Assembly: GCA_000708835.1 (NCBI GenBank)
Contig: DF237368.1
Span: 1-64,000 of the forward strand
Origin: Klebsormidium nitens
Taxonomy: Eukaryota > Plantae > Klebsormidiophyceae
DNA length: 64,000 nt
Direction of reading: 5' to 3'
Below, in pieces: positions 63,196 to 64,000 of this stretch (its first letter is position 1; every line of letters starts with the position of its first letter). Made by a program: the position numbers and the translations under genes. The notes beneath the pieces were generated by a model. The model searched no databases and was not told where the DNA came from. It was given only the letters and a program-made list of their open reading frames with translations.

Positions 63196-64000
63196 TTTGA
63201 CTTTATCGGTTAGTGTGTCTCTCGTCAACGCAAAATACGGCTTTGAACTCCACTGCTTCGAACTCTATACATTTCGGCCATTTCCGAGTTGCTATTGCGT
63301 TGTCAATACTTTCTCCTCCATTCTCGATAGCTTAACAAGAAGCTGAATGCACAAACCCTGGTGTAAGAGGCCGACGTCGAGTTGATTTCCTGGCCGTCTT
63401 CTTGCTCCTTTTTTGAGAAGTTGCAGCAGAGGCGTCGTCTCCGCTGTGCTCTAGTCCAAGTTGAGTGTCTTCGGCTTCGCCTGGCTTGTGGTACTACAAT
63501 CCATCTGAAAAGGACATACTGGATGTGGTCTAACGTCAAAAAGGCGCATCTTAAAACTAATTGTTGTTATTCTGCCCCGAGTATCTGTTCCGCTGCAGAA
63601 ATCTGGTGGGTTCCCCCTGTGTTGTTGACGGGTCTCACACTCTGATTGCAGCGCAAGTACATACCAAGCTGCCCTCCAACCGGCCGAACACGTGTGACGT
63701 GTGCTTCCGATGACGTCAGCGGGTGCCCGAGAACTCTGACGTTACCGGAACCGAATAAGAGGCCGTCATCGCTGGCCGTTCCCAGAGGATGGGACTGGAG
63801 CGGTTTCCAAGGCTGTGGGCGACCGGCGGAGGTCAGCAAACTGACCATACTGGCGACGTGCCGCAAATTCTGAATTTCAGTAGGTGTGCAACTTCCGATG
63901 TCAGCAAGGTTTGCAACCTCCAGGAGAACTAGACAACGGGTTAAGCGTGTAACTGCTTGGTGTCATACTCTGGCGAGCTTGTGTACGTCATTCATTTTGC

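Overview
Eukaryotic nuclear DNA from an intron-containing, GC-rich green-lineage genome. The mix of a land-plant-type UVR8 and FKBP12, a flagellar CFAP97-type gene and a nuclear, spliced plastid rpl16 points to a streptophyte alga, best fitting Klebsormidium (inference). I reconstructed 11 protein-coding genes by hand from GT-AG sites and family motifs: a multi-pass membrane protein (-), RUG2-like RCC1 (-), a helical+MYND protein (+, one frameshift), FKBP12 (-), CFAP97-domain protein (+), UVR8 (-), mitochondrial-type bL9 (+), nuclear plastid uL16 (-), plastid uS5 (+), a transit-peptide ankyrin protein (-) and an intronless F-box/LRR/ARM protein (+, two frameshifts). About 1-8 kb and 60-64 kb hold only decayed or duplicated coding-like sequence. 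Most notable: a fully domesticated nuclear rpl16 head-to-head with rps5, with an ankyrin relic between them; a ~32-bp-period AACGGT array upstream of the flagellar gene; a four-fold decayed duplication of an exon start; an in-frame transit-like extension on FKBP12; and ten consecutive genes alternating strand. No tRNA, rRNA, CRISPR or intact transposase was recognised. All family assignments are from recalled motifs, not database searches.
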